A stretch of 64,000 nucleotides of DNA, taken from NCBI GenBank assembly GCA_012295275.1, contig CM022670.1, positions 17,112,001 to 17,176,000 on the forward strand, given 5' to 3'. The stretch's first letter is position 1. Every line of letters begins with the position of its first letter. The notes beneath the pieces were generated by a model. The model ran no database searches. It was not told the DNA's origin and saw nothing but the letters and a program-made list of their open reading frames with translations. Below, piece after piece: positions 25,654-38,600 of this stretch. The DNA is from Chrysomallon squamiferum (lineage: Eukaryota; Animalia; Mollusca). Made by a program: the position numbers and the translations under genes.

Positions 25654-28303
25654 TTGTGACGATGCAGTTGGTAACGTCGCAGTTCAACCACAACGTGATG
25701 ATAGTGATAACACTTGTCTGTGTTACTACTGCAGTCAGTCTGGCCATTCTCCTGGCTATCTGTCTGATGAAGAAAGTGGACAGTGAAAAACAGAAGTGTC
25801 TGAGAGGGGGAAAAGATGGTGTAGATGCTGTCTATGCCACTGATGATGCAGAAAAAGCCCTGACAAATGAATTCATCAGTGATTTGTACAAAGAAAAACC
25901 TCACCAGATTGACAGTGCTAACTTACAGGAAGAAAATCCACAGCTAGATGTTGATGTGATATCACCAGAAAAAAGTAATTCATCATTTTTAATGGTAAGT
26001 TGAAACCTAATTTAATAATTCAATATTATTTTTGTTCAACTGTTTTACTGAATTTGTTTTGAAAATTTAAAAAGACACAATTAGGATATATGTGTTGATA
26101 AGAGCTATTAATATCACGATCTATACATAAACAAATAAACAATAAATAAATAACTGAAAATATCATCATCTATTTAATAAATATATTACCATCTGAATAA
26201 TATTACCATCTATTAATGTGACCTTTAAATGATAACACCATCCATTCCCAAAAAAAAAAAAATATATATAAAAAACCTTTGAATAATATCACCATCTATT
26301 TAAAAAAAAAAATATATAAATGACCTTTGAATAAGATCAGCATCTATTTATTTTAAAAAAATGTAAAAATTGACCTCTGAAAAGCTAGTGTTTCCTGCTG
26401 ACATTGCTGTTAATCTGTTAAGAGATTTGTTCTCTTGTTTGCTCTTTAAGTTAAAGAGAACGAGGAGAACACCGTGTTTGCTCAGGTCCTGACTTGCCAC
26501 CACTTCTAACTTGTTTTAATTAGTTGTAAATACTAACCACACACTGCCACCAACCCACCTCTGTTCCCTGTTTGGTGAGGATTTTCCCTTCTGTTTGGGC
26601 AGAGGTAGATACAAGGGTTGTGGCATTCTTCGGCTAAAACAGACACTAGCTCTAAGTTGGTGGAGAAGACAAACATTGCGGAGTCACCACAGATCATCTT
26701 CGTCCTTGGCTACAAAGATAAAATCTCATACAAGACATCCGCAAACTAACATAATCCCTAAAGTGTGAAGCAATTTTTTTTTTGTATAATGTGTTTAGTG
26801 TTTTTCACTTTGATCTCCTCGTCTGCTTCATCCACACATGTTTATATTTCTGATTTTTTTCATTCTTCGACAACAGTGTGATTCTTAAAATGATTGCTCA
26901 AGTTATAACAGTGTTGCTCTGTTTGCTGCTTTCAGAAACAAATTCGGGGAATTTCTGCTTGTAGTTCAGTTGCAACAAGTTGTATTTAATGATGTGTCAC
27001 TTTTCTGTCCTTCTAGAAACATCTTGGCTTTCAGGAAATGAAATATTTAATCGTAATTTTAAATTTTGATAGTTAGAAATATAAGAGAAGTGGATTTAAT
27101 ATTATGGTACCTGTTATTTTCATTTACAGGGATTATTTAATATTGATGTTGACATTATATGTTATTTAGTATATAGTTCATGAATAAAGATTTAATTTTG
27201 ATAATTAATCAGGAAAGGAGTTAGTATCAAGATCATAAACAATTAAAAAAAATTAAGTTGTTCTCTTAAATTCTTTTCACTTGCTTAATTTTTGTTTTAT
27301 TCTTTTTTATTTATTAATATCTTTCTTTCTGTTTTATTTTATTTTATTTTATTTGTTTATTTACTATCTTGATTCATAATACTAAACATTTTAAGAATAT
27401 TTTAAAAATATTTTGTAACATAATTTCCTTTTTGTTTTAACTTCTCTTCTTCACGACTCTAAACATTTTACTTTTAACATGTTTAATGTTTATTTGGTTC
27501 TTTATAAAATGTAAAACTTTCACTGTTCAGAATCACACAGTCCTGTCTGAGGTGAAAAGCAGCAAACTGTGCTACTCTCCGCGGAAACTCGTTCAGTTTG
27601 CCGATGAAGTCATGTGTGCGAATGTGGACACAGGGGATGATGTTCACAGTGAGACAGACAGTGGCCAGGGGGGCAGTGACATCATGGTGACACACAGTGA
27701 CTCAGGTACATACACAACTACTACAACAACACAACAACCAGTTTACAAAAAAAAATACACTGACTCCATCGTTTGATTTACTACAAATTTTTGTAGTATG
27801 CAAAACTGTTATTACTACTACTATAATTACCAGTGCTGCTAGTAATAATAATAATAATAATAATAATCTATTCACTCAATTTAAATAAATAAAAATATAT
27901 AGTAGCAGCAGCAATAGTAGTAGTAATAATAGAATCAGTAGTAATAATAAAGTTGTGATAGTAGTTACAGTAATAAAACAGTAGCAATGTTAATAATAAT
28001 GATAATAATAACAATAATAATAACATCAACAGTAGTAATTATAATAACAGTAATAGTAATAATAGAAATAGTAGCAGTAACAGCAATAATAATAATAATA
28101 ATAATAACAGTAGTAGTAATAATAATAACACTAATAACAACAATATTAAAAATATCGACAATAATTTATAACTGCTACATGGAGAAATTATTACTATAGA
28201 CTGAGTTACTGAAAACTAATTCTTTTAAATGTTACAAATCAATATGTTGCTTCAATGTAATTTTTTGTTATTTTCAGTGGTTAGTGGTGCAAGCTATGTG
28301 TAA
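23350..28303 (+). CDS. PCDH: Protocadherin gene A (7 EC repeats, delta1/Pcdh1-7-9-11-like architecture); spliced CDS join(23350..25994 with a 1-nt frameshift near 25640, 27531..27705, 28278..28303), about 948 aa if the frameshift is corrected
   Basis: Signal peptide MDSVLLLEFLTLFVLVSG; EC1 with DRE-x-x-C-x5-C; linkers DINDNAP, DVNDNRP, DANDNAP, DVNDNAP, DENDNPP; TM VMIVITLVCVTTAVSLAILLAICLM followed by KK; cytoplasmic DSGQGGSD motif; GT/AG sites with matching phases (0, then 1). Symbol is family-level only; orthology not assignable. Confidence 0.9.
25641..25994 (+). CDS. PCDH: Gene A large exon, second reading frame: end of EC7, transmembrane helix, juxtamembrane tail
   Basis: VLYVVV completes EC7 (aligns to LNVIV in gene B); hydrophobic TM; ends at phase-0 donor ATG|GTAAGT (GT at 25995). 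Confidence 0.88.
27531..27705 (+). CDS. PCDH: Gene A cytoplasmic exon (RKLVQF and DSGQGGSD motifs)
   Basis: Acceptor ctgttcag| at 27530 in phase 0; donor tcag|gtacat in phase 1; GC-richer than flanks; equivalent to gene B exon 35854-35731 (both end xDS plus a phase-1 intron). Confidence 0.8.
27810..28145. repeat. (AAT/AGT/AAC)n low-complexity trinucleotide region in a gene A intron
   Basis: Degenerate trinucleotide periodicity. Confidence 0.85.
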
Positions 28304-28317
28304 TGGAGCTGAATCAG
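28278..28317 (+). CDS. PCDH: Gene A last coding exon (VVSGASYV*, stop 28301-28303) followed by 14 nt of UTR and a donor
   Basis: Strong acceptor ttttttgttattttcag|; phase-1 join reads V-V-S-G-A-S-Y-V-stop; donor cag|gtgaga at 28318. Confidence 0.55.
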
Positions 28318-28769
28318 GTGAGATTACAGCTGATGTGTTTAGTAACATAAAACCATTGTGCCGGATACATTAGTGTTCACGATAATTACTCCTGCATTCA
28401 TCTTGCATTTCATTCTTTTTAGCAAATCTATTTCCATTCCTTGATGCCCTAAAATAAACTTTGTGATGGCTAGTAATGAGGCAATAAATCATAGTTCTGA
28501 AATATTTCTCTTCAAATAGGGATGTCGACATTCAGATATTATCAGTAGTATTTTAATTTTATTGTTATTTTTTTTCACAATACTTGTAAGTGTGTACACA
28601 CATACACATACACAATTCTCATATGCAACTTAAAAAGATATATTGTTAAAATATACACTGTGTATTTTATTAAAGATATCTTTAAAAATTATAATTTGAA
28701 ATTTTATTAATTCTACTGAATTTTATTTCTATTTATATTATAAAATGTTTTTTTGTTGTTTTTTTTCAG

Positions 28770-28810
28770 GATGTTATTGGCGAATAAAACAAAAATGTGA
28801 TATTTAATAA
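28770..28810 (+). terminator. Candidate terminal 3'UTR exon of gene A with AATAAA polyadenylation signal (28783-28788)
   Basis: Long T-rich tract ending ttttttcag| at 28769, AATAAA 13 nt later; AATAAA is common in this AT-rich DNA. Confidence 0.35.
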
Positions 28811-30643
28811 CTTGAAAGTTATCCTGTATAAAATTATTTATAAAACTGTTATGAGTGAAAAAGAGAGAGGGAGAGAGATTATTCAAAACTATTTGATTCT
28901 AAATGGTTAAAAAAAAGTTACAGTACACAGTAAATGTATATGACAAAAAAAGTCGAGGATGGATCAAGGAAAAACAAAGACTGGATTGTTCCTGAAGATG
29001 AGAGTTGTGGATGGATCAATAAGAAAGTTCTGACTGGATCAAGAAATGTTTCTTTGAAAACAAATATTGACAAGATGAAAAGATAAAATAACAAAATAAA
29101 CATCCCAGAATATATAACTGGGTAAGTATTTAAAACCAAATTAATTTATTTTAATGATTTATAAATTAAAAATAGTGAAACAATGGACCAAAGCATTCTG
29201 CGACTGAATGGAATTGTTAATATTTTAAAAATTAGTTTTAATTGTCCTATTTAATCATTATAATTTTACAATCTTAATTAGTGTTAATTATTAGTAGAAG
29301 CGATTACATTTTTATTTTTAATCTTCTTTACTTAGTAATAATTTAAAAAAAAACACACTGAGAATGATGAAATATTTGTTGAATTATAAAATTAGTGTTG
29401 GCATCTCTTGATTTAAACTGTTAGAGTCTTTCATGTGAACATTTCAGAATTAGCCCAGTCCAGCTTTACAGTCAGAGATTTCTCAATGTGACACCGAGTC
29501 TGCCAGTTACGTCACTGTGACAGCTTACAACAGCTACGACCATGTCTAAATGATCTCTTCATGTCCACCAGTTGAATTAAGACGTTAATGTGAATTCTTT
29601 GAATAATTAAATGTGTGTAAATATTTATGTAGTTTTTTTTGTTTTTTTTTTTTTTTTTATTAATTAGAAATAAATATTGTATTAGAAACATAAATATATA
29701 TATATATATAAAAAATAATAAATAAAGAATAAAAAATAAAGAATAAAATATAAATAATAAAATATAATATAATATATATATATAAAAATAATGACATCTG
29801 TTACATCCACAGTTATCTTCTTCAACGAAGCCATTTTCCATGACAAAATGATAACCCATTTATAATATAACAGCCATTTTCACCTAATCTTTTATATCCT
29901 ACATAATAATGGCCCAACCATTATACATGTTATTCATAAATTTAATGTACATGGAACTAACTGGTAAATGAATTTTGTAAAAAGTTGACAGTAACCAAGG
30001 AAACAAACATTAAATCAACAGCCATAACAAAATTCCTATAGAAACACACTGGTGTATAATTAAAATGGTAATCAATTTCTGTTCCAGTAAATAATTTATA
30101 ACAATTCTAATTATCAAACAAATCACTGAATTTTTTTTCTTCTAAACAGATCTCAAATCATTATTTAAGAAGAAATAAATAAAAAAAATTTAAAAAATAG
30201 AACTCCGAAAATCTCTTTGAAATTATATTTATAAACAAAATTCCCCCACATTAATGGTCAGTTGGGCTCTCTAGTTTGAAAAGATAAAAAATGCTTAACC
30301 TATTTTAATAAAGTTATTTTCTTCCTTCATCAAAATTGAGTAACAATTACTGCAAAATTGAATAATTACTTCTAAAAATAAAATTATAAGACTGTAGAGA
30401 TTATTTATTATCTAGTTCTATAACTTCACAACTGATCATTTTTTAATATTTTTTGGATTAATGTTATGAATGTACTGTAGCAGCATTAACTTAAAATTTA
30501 TAAATGTTTATAACATCAGTAACACAACAATAAATAATTCACAATGATTATCTGATTAGAATTATTTCTCAATAAGCTATCTGTTTATTATTTTTCAATA
30601 GGTTGTCAAAGAAACATCACTATCAATTTAATCACTGTTGTGT

Positions 30644-30709
30644 ATTTTCGGTAAGCTTAGTGATATTATCCCATTAATTTTCGGTAAGCTTAGTGATATT
30701 ATCTCATTA
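30644..30709. repeat. 33-bp tandem duplication (1 mismatch)
   Basis: attttcggtaagcttagtgatattatc(c/t)catta twice. Confidence 0.9.
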
Positions 30710-32136
30710 AGAAAAACAAAACAAAAAAACACTAAGTAATTTTATAACATTTTATTATATCAGCCAATTTACAACATTTCACCAGTATTATGTGCAGAAG
30801 ATATTAAAATATAAAATAAAAGCAGTGAACGAATACACATATCCCTGAGATAAATATTTAGTTCAGTAAAGTGATAAAAGTAGTATTTTACTCAACAGTA
30901 AAATCATGTAAGAAGTTTAAGAACAAAGTCTGAACTTGAAATTTAAATTGTTAAAAATGGTCCAGATTTTCTTTAAAAAAATAAAAAATAAATTAAAAAA
31001 TTTAAATTTGTGTGTATTAATCTCCATAATGTTTAGGTTATTTCTTTCATTATAAGCAGTAAAAACTGTTAGGTTCTTGTTAGTAATTTCATTTTTTATA
31101 TAATATAATATATCTTAAATACACACACATATATATATTTTACACATCTGATTTAAACTGGTATAATTTTCTTTAATTTATATACATTAACAAACAACAT
31201 ATATGTATGTACACTCATTAGCACCATTCTTGCTTTGCATAATTTAACATACATTTTTAAAATGTGTCACTTCCACGCTAAAAAAACAAAAATTCCTTTT
31301 TTAAGGGTATATATAAAAATGGAGATCTCTTATCAAATTAAAAAACTTCAGATCAAATCTGTTAATTTAGTAACGTTACACTTTTGTCAAAAATGAACTG
31401 AAAAACACAAAAATAATTTAAAATACATATATTAAAAAAATATAAATGAAATGTTGCAAAGTTAAAAAATATCAAAAGTATAGGTTATTGTTGGTGGACA
31501 ACTATCATCTTTAAGTACAAAAGAAAACAAAATTAAAATGGTGAATATCACAGTCATTCTAGTTTTATGCCCAGTTTTATTTATATATTAACAGAGAAAC
31601 CAACCATAGCTTATTGACTAGACAGCTAATCTTCAAGTTTTAAAAATAAAGCATTCTCCAGGTATTTGCTTTGGTTAACAAGTATCATACAATTCAATTA
31701 CTTATCCATGTGTACAGAAATAAAAAACACATTTTTAATTTGATTTTTTTTAATGTTTTCACAAGTGTAATGATTAAACTTGAATAAAGACAGTTATGAT
31801 GATTCATCACTACAGACATTATCTTGAAACTGTTTTTTTTTAGTTGACTAATTCATTGTTAGCTGCAATTTCAAATTTGTTTATTTATCCCCAGTAGTCT
31901 CTTTGTAGCTGACAAACTTTATAATTATGATTTGTAAATGGGAAAAGATTTTTTTTTTTTTAAAATTAACTATATTAACCAATTATTGAAGGAATCAGAA
32001 AGCTAATTCCTTAACTAATACTGCCATTATTTTGTTTTAAAAAAAAAAAAAAAAAAAAAAATAAAGGATAAAAAATTGTAACATTTTTTTTTTTTAAATA
32101 AATAAAAATAACAAAAAAAAAATACAAAAACAAACA

Positions 32137-32633
32137 TCAGACAATAACATCATTGAAAAAAAGCTGATCAATTTCATTACACAAATCCTCGGCATTTATC
32201 GTGTAGCTGCCTGACGTGGTGGTTCTGTCATCCTCGTGATCGAGAGTCCCCCCTGGACTCTCGCTCAGTGTGTCTATGTCCATCACAGAATACCTCTGCC
32301 CCGGGGTGCTCTGCCTGCTCACCTCCACCAGCGTGCTGTCTGTGGTGGGCACTCGCTGAAAGTTTCTCACATTGACCCCGTTCTGAGACAGCCGACTGGA
32401 ACAACTGTCGGAGTAGCTGCGCTTCTTCGGCTTCAGGTCCACTGCAGTGTTAGCAGTGACGCTGTCATCACTGAAGCTGATGTTGCGGTGGTACTGGTTG
32501 TTCTGAGGACTCTGGTGTGACTGTAAACTCAACTGTGAGGATGTACTCTGGGTGCAGTTCGGACTCTTTGTCAAGTTTGACAGTTTCTTTGATATGACTA
32601 GCAAACCTTTGGGTATGTGGATCTTGGAGCTTC
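32137..32633 (-). CDS. PCDH: Gene B last coding exon (RNISF, DDRTTTSGSYTI, C-terminus FFNDVIV*)
   Basis: Acceptor tactttcag| at 32634 in phase 1; in frame with the 155-aa track ORF; Ser/Thr-rich tail. Confidence 0.88.
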
Positions 32634-35600
32634 CTGAAAGTACAAATTGTGATAAATTAATATTTTCAGTTAAATTAATTGTATTTATTAAAACATTTAT
32701 GTTTATCTAATATTGCAACAAAATGTGACACAGAAGAAGAAAACATAGCAGACAAATTTTTTTTTTTTTTTTTTTTAAATTTAAGCCTCCTTGGCTAATT
32801 CAGCTCAAACTGATCTAGCGATTCTTTTAAAACATAAGTTATATTTGAATAATTTAGTTAGATTTTTTTGCATAGCTGCCTGTTACAAATATGAGTCCTG
32901 TCAACCTGTCTACCAGAAGCAGTCAATTAAAAATAAGGAATCAGTAGCAGCAGCTCTCACAGACAAGTTCACAGACAGGCCACCAACATCAAAGGACAGC
33001 ATAATCCTTTAAGTGATAAATATTTTAAAATTTCACTTTATGTTGAGACAAACCTGTGTCCTTTTCATTTGGCAAATCCTAATAAATGTTCTGATCCTGC
33101 ATGTCATGTTTGTTCCTGTTTTTTCTTTAATTTCTTATTTCTCTATACATGTAACTGGTACCCATTTACCCTTTTCTTGCATTATCTGGTATTCTGTCTG
33201 GAAACCAGGAATTTTATTCTGAAACTTATGATTAATAATTTGTATGAAAATCTATTAGTGCTTACTTATTTTGAAAATGAATTTATGTTTAAAATAAAAA
33301 AAACCATTTTCAATAAATAAACAGATACATCTAACTGGTTAAGGAATTTAGAAAAGAACTGAGATATATCTTCAATATTCTTGCTTGATTAGATTTCAAG
33401 AATGGAAGAAACACTCAATGCACTCAAATGATTCCTAGAATCCAAGAAATGATGAAAAAGATTTGTTTTGGACAAAATTAGAAAAAACACCACAAAGTAT
33501 GTTTAATTAGTGATTTTACTGAAGATTTTGATATTTTCAACCACAGTTACCTTTGCCACATCAGCAAATGTGGGAATGGCAAGTATTGCCCTTGCTTTAT
33601 AAATATATAAATATTAAAAATAATTGTTCAGTTAATAAAATATGTATTGAAACATAGTGCAGAACACTAATATGCTTATGTTAATTACTGTGACACACAC
33701 ACACACACACACTACACACACACACACAGACTCAAACACACACACACACATGCTGCAACACTATCATTCAGCAGCTTTTCATTAAGAAAGAAAAATTTGG
33801 GAACAGTACATAACATCTACATCTTTGACAAAAACAGCTACATTATCTAATACCTCACCCAGATACTTAAATAAAACAAAGCATGAAAAAGAAAACATGC
33901 AGTATGAAGAAAATGAACCCATGAAAACACAGCACTGCTACACACATACCAGTTCAGCATGACAATGAAAGATTTTAATTTCTTTTCTGCATACTTAACA
34001 GGTAGTTTATTTTCACTATGGAAACAGACCTTTACCATGGCAACAGATCAATATTATGTTCTTACTGAAAACAAAATCTATGCATATCAAGACAGACATA
34101 CACAGCTACTGCAATAGGTGATTGGTGTTTTTTTTTCTTCTGAAAACCAGATTTTGTGATACTGTCCACATTATGAGTAGACGAAACATAACATTTTTTA
34201 TAACCTTTCTAGTAATGTGACAGTGTGATTGTAATATATACTGAATCTTACCTGATATTTTGAATATTCATAATTTTAATAATGTTAGAGTATGCTGCTT
34301 TCTACTAAATACAATCAGTATCGTTATTTTTCTTGTATCACATTTTAAAAAATAACAGTTTTTCTAAATAAATATATCATATAATTTCAACTGTTATTAA
34401 GCAGAGCCAGATAAAAATCTTAAATTATTTGTATTAAGCTTTAAGCATTAATATCTGAATATAATTAAATTAATTTTCAAAACCTCTTCAATATATTTAA
34501 ACATTATAAAAAAAATAATAATAAATCTTAAAGTATCTTCAACATCTTTTTAATTATTTTTTTAATATGGTCAAAACTTATATTTAAAGATAGTTATTTT
34601 AGAAATTAGTTTTTAGCTGATGCTAGTAATTCTAAATTGTATATCAAAGGTTTAATAAATTCCATTTAATATATTCAGATTACTAAATAAAAACATGTGT
34701 ATAAGGTGCAGTAGATTCTGAAAGCTCGAAATCATACTGTGCAATATAAATTTTAAAAGCAAAAACAGTGGCTACACTACAATGTTGAGGCAAAACTGAA
34801 CACACTGAATTTTAAATGAATGTGAAGGTCATGACACAGCCAATGGTTGGACACAACTCACCAAAAAATATCCTTCACCTTTGACCTCAGACATTTGTAC
34901 CTCTGCTTGCAACTGTTTGGAAAGGAGAGAGAGAAAACAGCGAAAGAAAAATTATTTTAAAATCTATTTTTAAACTTTTTTCATCTTATTATTATTTTTT
35001 AGTTTATCTTTATTAATGATTTTAATGTGAATTTAATGTAACTAAATGGATGTTTTGTTAAAAATATTTTTGGTTTTTTTTTTTTTTTTTTTAACTTTTT
35101 GTTTTAAACTAACAGATTTCCGTCTTTATTTTATAATTTGATTTTTAGCAGATTAAACCACATTTACAAATCTCATTTAAATTATTATTTAAAAAAAAAA
35201 AATATATTAGCTCCAGAAATATTAAAGATAAATGATAATGATTTATCACTACTTCCTGGAAATCGAGAAAAGAGAATTTAATTCATTAAATATTTATCTA
35301 CTAATTAAACTATTAACTCAAGTTATGTCAATACCATCACATTTCATTTTTAATTTTTTACTTCAAGCAAATGCTCCCTGTTATGATACAAGCATGAAGT
35401 TATGAGACTGCTATTTTCAGAGTTAAATCATCTAAAATTCATTAGTTAAGAAGAATTGTATCAACACTGAGATGAAAAGAAGAGATGAGATTTTCTGCAT
35501 GGACGGACAGCAGTGATTGTTGAAAACAACATTGTGAAAGGCCGTCAGTGAAAACCTTATTACATTCACCCCTGACCAACCTTCATCATCAGCTGTTAAT

Positions 35601-38600
35601 TCCCTGTCTAATCATTTTAGATTAATATCTTTATAACTGTCTGTTAATGAAAAAAAGTGAGCCTTGGGGATTTGCTCAGGAATGAGAAAAGAAGAAATGA
35701 TTGACAAAACGTGTTGTGATGAAAACTTACGAGAGTCGTGTCGCGGTATCGCTGCACTCTGGTTGCTGTGTTGCTCGTCTTCGTTGCTGCCGTGGCCGCT
35801 GTCAGCTCCACCAGACAACTCACTAGCTGTGTCTTCTGGGCTTTTTATCACCACCTACACAGACATACACAGCTTTTCAGTACAGATATATATCTTTATC
35901 CCAAACCATTTTAGACTGTACATTTAATTATTAATTTAAAGATTATTTTATTAATGTCTTACTTTCTAACTTTGTATTTTAGAAAATGATAATCACTGAG
36001 GAAAACAAGATGAATAAAAATGGCATTTTAAATTACTGCAAATTAATATTCAGCATAATAGTATTTCTATTGAACAAAATAGTGTAAATTTTAATTCTGT
36101 TTACAAAGTAAAAAATACTCCTTATTTTATGACATCAACAGAAAATAAAAAATAATCAGCTATTGGGTATACTACTAAGATGATAAAGAGTTAAAAATAA
36201 ATCAGGATAAAAGTCTGTTGTATATATTTCTTACTATTTTAAATCAAAGAGAAAGAAGAAGAATTACATTGGTCAGCCACTGAGCTGTTTGAGGATATTT
36301 CTGCAGGTCCTGGTTGAAAACTCTCTCTGACGCCAGTCTGTGAATGTCTTGTTTCTTCTCGTGAAGTGTCCTCTTCAGCTGGATGTGTTCTGGTGTGCAG
36401 GTGTTGTTAGTCAGCACTGAGCTGCTGGCCTGTGGGGTCTTTAAAAACAAATAAAAAAGATTCATTACTATCACAGATATTGAAAATAAAGAGATATCAA
36501 TATGAGACATACCACTCAAACCAAACAGTTCTGGCTGATTGGAAATAACATTTTCAGATTTCTGACTTTATCAGCTTCATTTTGTTATCTCGTTTATTCC
36601 TGTATCATGTTTCATTCCAGAAATATAGGAGAATATTAGATATCCAGCAAAAAATAGTGCTTATAAAAGTGTTCTAATAATACATTAGGATTAATATGTC
36701 AACTTCATCACTGGATCAAAGAAATAAGGTACATAAAATCTCATTTTTAACAAAATATAACAGAAAATTATGCGTGTCTCTACTATTGTTAGTTAAAGTT
36801 CAATACTTGGCTGTGAAGTAAGACCAGATTATACTGTGATGTGTCACATATAGCGAAATATTGGTATTTAAAAAAAATAAAAATATATATTATTTCATTT
36901 TGTTATCTTTCCCTTTAAATATTAATTATAAATGCTAATTACACAAACTTTGACAGCTGTGACGTTGTTATTTTATAAATGTCTAACAGATCATTGCATG
37001 AGTTGGCCATTAAAACATAATTACTTGTCATGGTACACCACACATCACTGATTTTGTTGCTTTTTGTTCCAATAACCCAGCATGTTATACAGTTTTAAAA
37101 TATTAAAACATTATCATTAAATTAGAAACATTTGTAATGTAATAATTATTAATATAAAATGTATTGCTATCATTTTAAGTTATTATTTTTATTACTATAT
37201 TAAGTCATGATTCATCATTCATCATTGTGCAGATTCAAATCTTGGGGTGAAAGCCTCAACACATTTCTATATTTTTCTGTCTTGCTCTATCACAATTAGT
37301 CATCATGAACAAAAATTTCTCTCTCAGTTTGGGCAAAGACTGAAGAATAAGATGAGGTTTTGTTTGGCAGGATATACTTGTCTGTATCATATACTTTGAT
37401 ATAAAAACATCACAGTTGAAACTGGTGACTCAATAAATTCAATTTGCCAATTGTACAAAATGTTTATTCATCTTCCATTGTTTTTGTTTTTTTTACAGTT
37501 CACAGATCAACAACATTCACCATAATCTATAATGAGTAGTGTTGTAAGAGGGATAATAATATGTTTCACTGTCAACCAGTTAACAGAAATGTTTTTGAAA
37601 ATAATAAAAGCACAGTGTATTATGATAGGTTCATTGTTAATCAGTTATTTTGCCTAAGAATTAAATTATTTAAAGTATTATAACAGAGATAATAATACTA
37701 ATACTGTTTCATTGTTGGACAATTATCTTCTTATCCTATACTTATTGGGATTGACAGAAATTTTATTATAGTTTTTAAATAAGGAATTTAAATATTTTAC
37801 AATCTAATTATTATTCCTTTTTTCTTTTATAATGGAAATTAACAATGAAATGTAGACTTGAGTTTTAGTTGGAATTATAATAAGTGAAATTCGCGGCAAA
37901 ATTTCAGTAATTGTAAAACAAAACACTTGAATAATAATATTAAGAGTGAAAAGGAAAAGCAACAGCAGAAGCAAAAGAAAAAAAAGAAAAAAAAAAGGGC
38001 AGGGTTGACAGTTAGGTTATTTTGTGTGAAATTTCAATGTGAGACAAGCATATTATTCCAAAATTTTAGATAAAAAGAAAATAGATACAAACAAAATTAT
38101 TTAAATAGTAAATATCCTCAGTGTTAACAGATTTCTGATTTATAAAGACATTTAAATCTGTTTTAAGCAAAAACCTGTTTTCCAAATATGTAGAGAGAAA
38201 AAAAATTGTGTGGATTATGTAATATTAAAAATTAACATATATGGGATTAAAAATATAATTCCAAAAAACCCAAAGAAATGATTATTTCTTCACCACTGTT
38301 GTTCTGTTGTTAAACAGTAAATTAATTTTACTGCTGTCACATTACATTCTGAGAATTCACTTTCATGACAAAGAATGCAAGCCTGTCTTCAACTGTAACA
38401 ACGAACTTGTGATTTGCAAGAACAAACTGGTCAACTATCAAATATTTTCATTAATTATGTAATAAATATTATTCACTATTTACCTCTCTCCAGGCTGTGG
38501 ACTTAATCCAAACAGTCATTCGCATTATACAATGCTCTTGTACATATGTATATTACATATTACCATTATTATTAACGTTTTACCAAATTCATATCCTTCG

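Noticed and set aside
25646-25670. Tiny intron (GTATGT...AG) rescuing the gene A frameshift
   Set aside because: Available GT-AG spans are far too short and would delete the conserved last strand of EC7.
23368-25904. Minus-strand ORFs inside gene A (and plus-strand ORFs inside gene B)
   Set aside because: Antisense shadows of real coding exons.
34250-34310. Extra gene B exon ending at the CAG|GTAAGA donor near 34251
   Set aside because: The required frame hits TAA and the acceptor lacks a pyrimidine tract.
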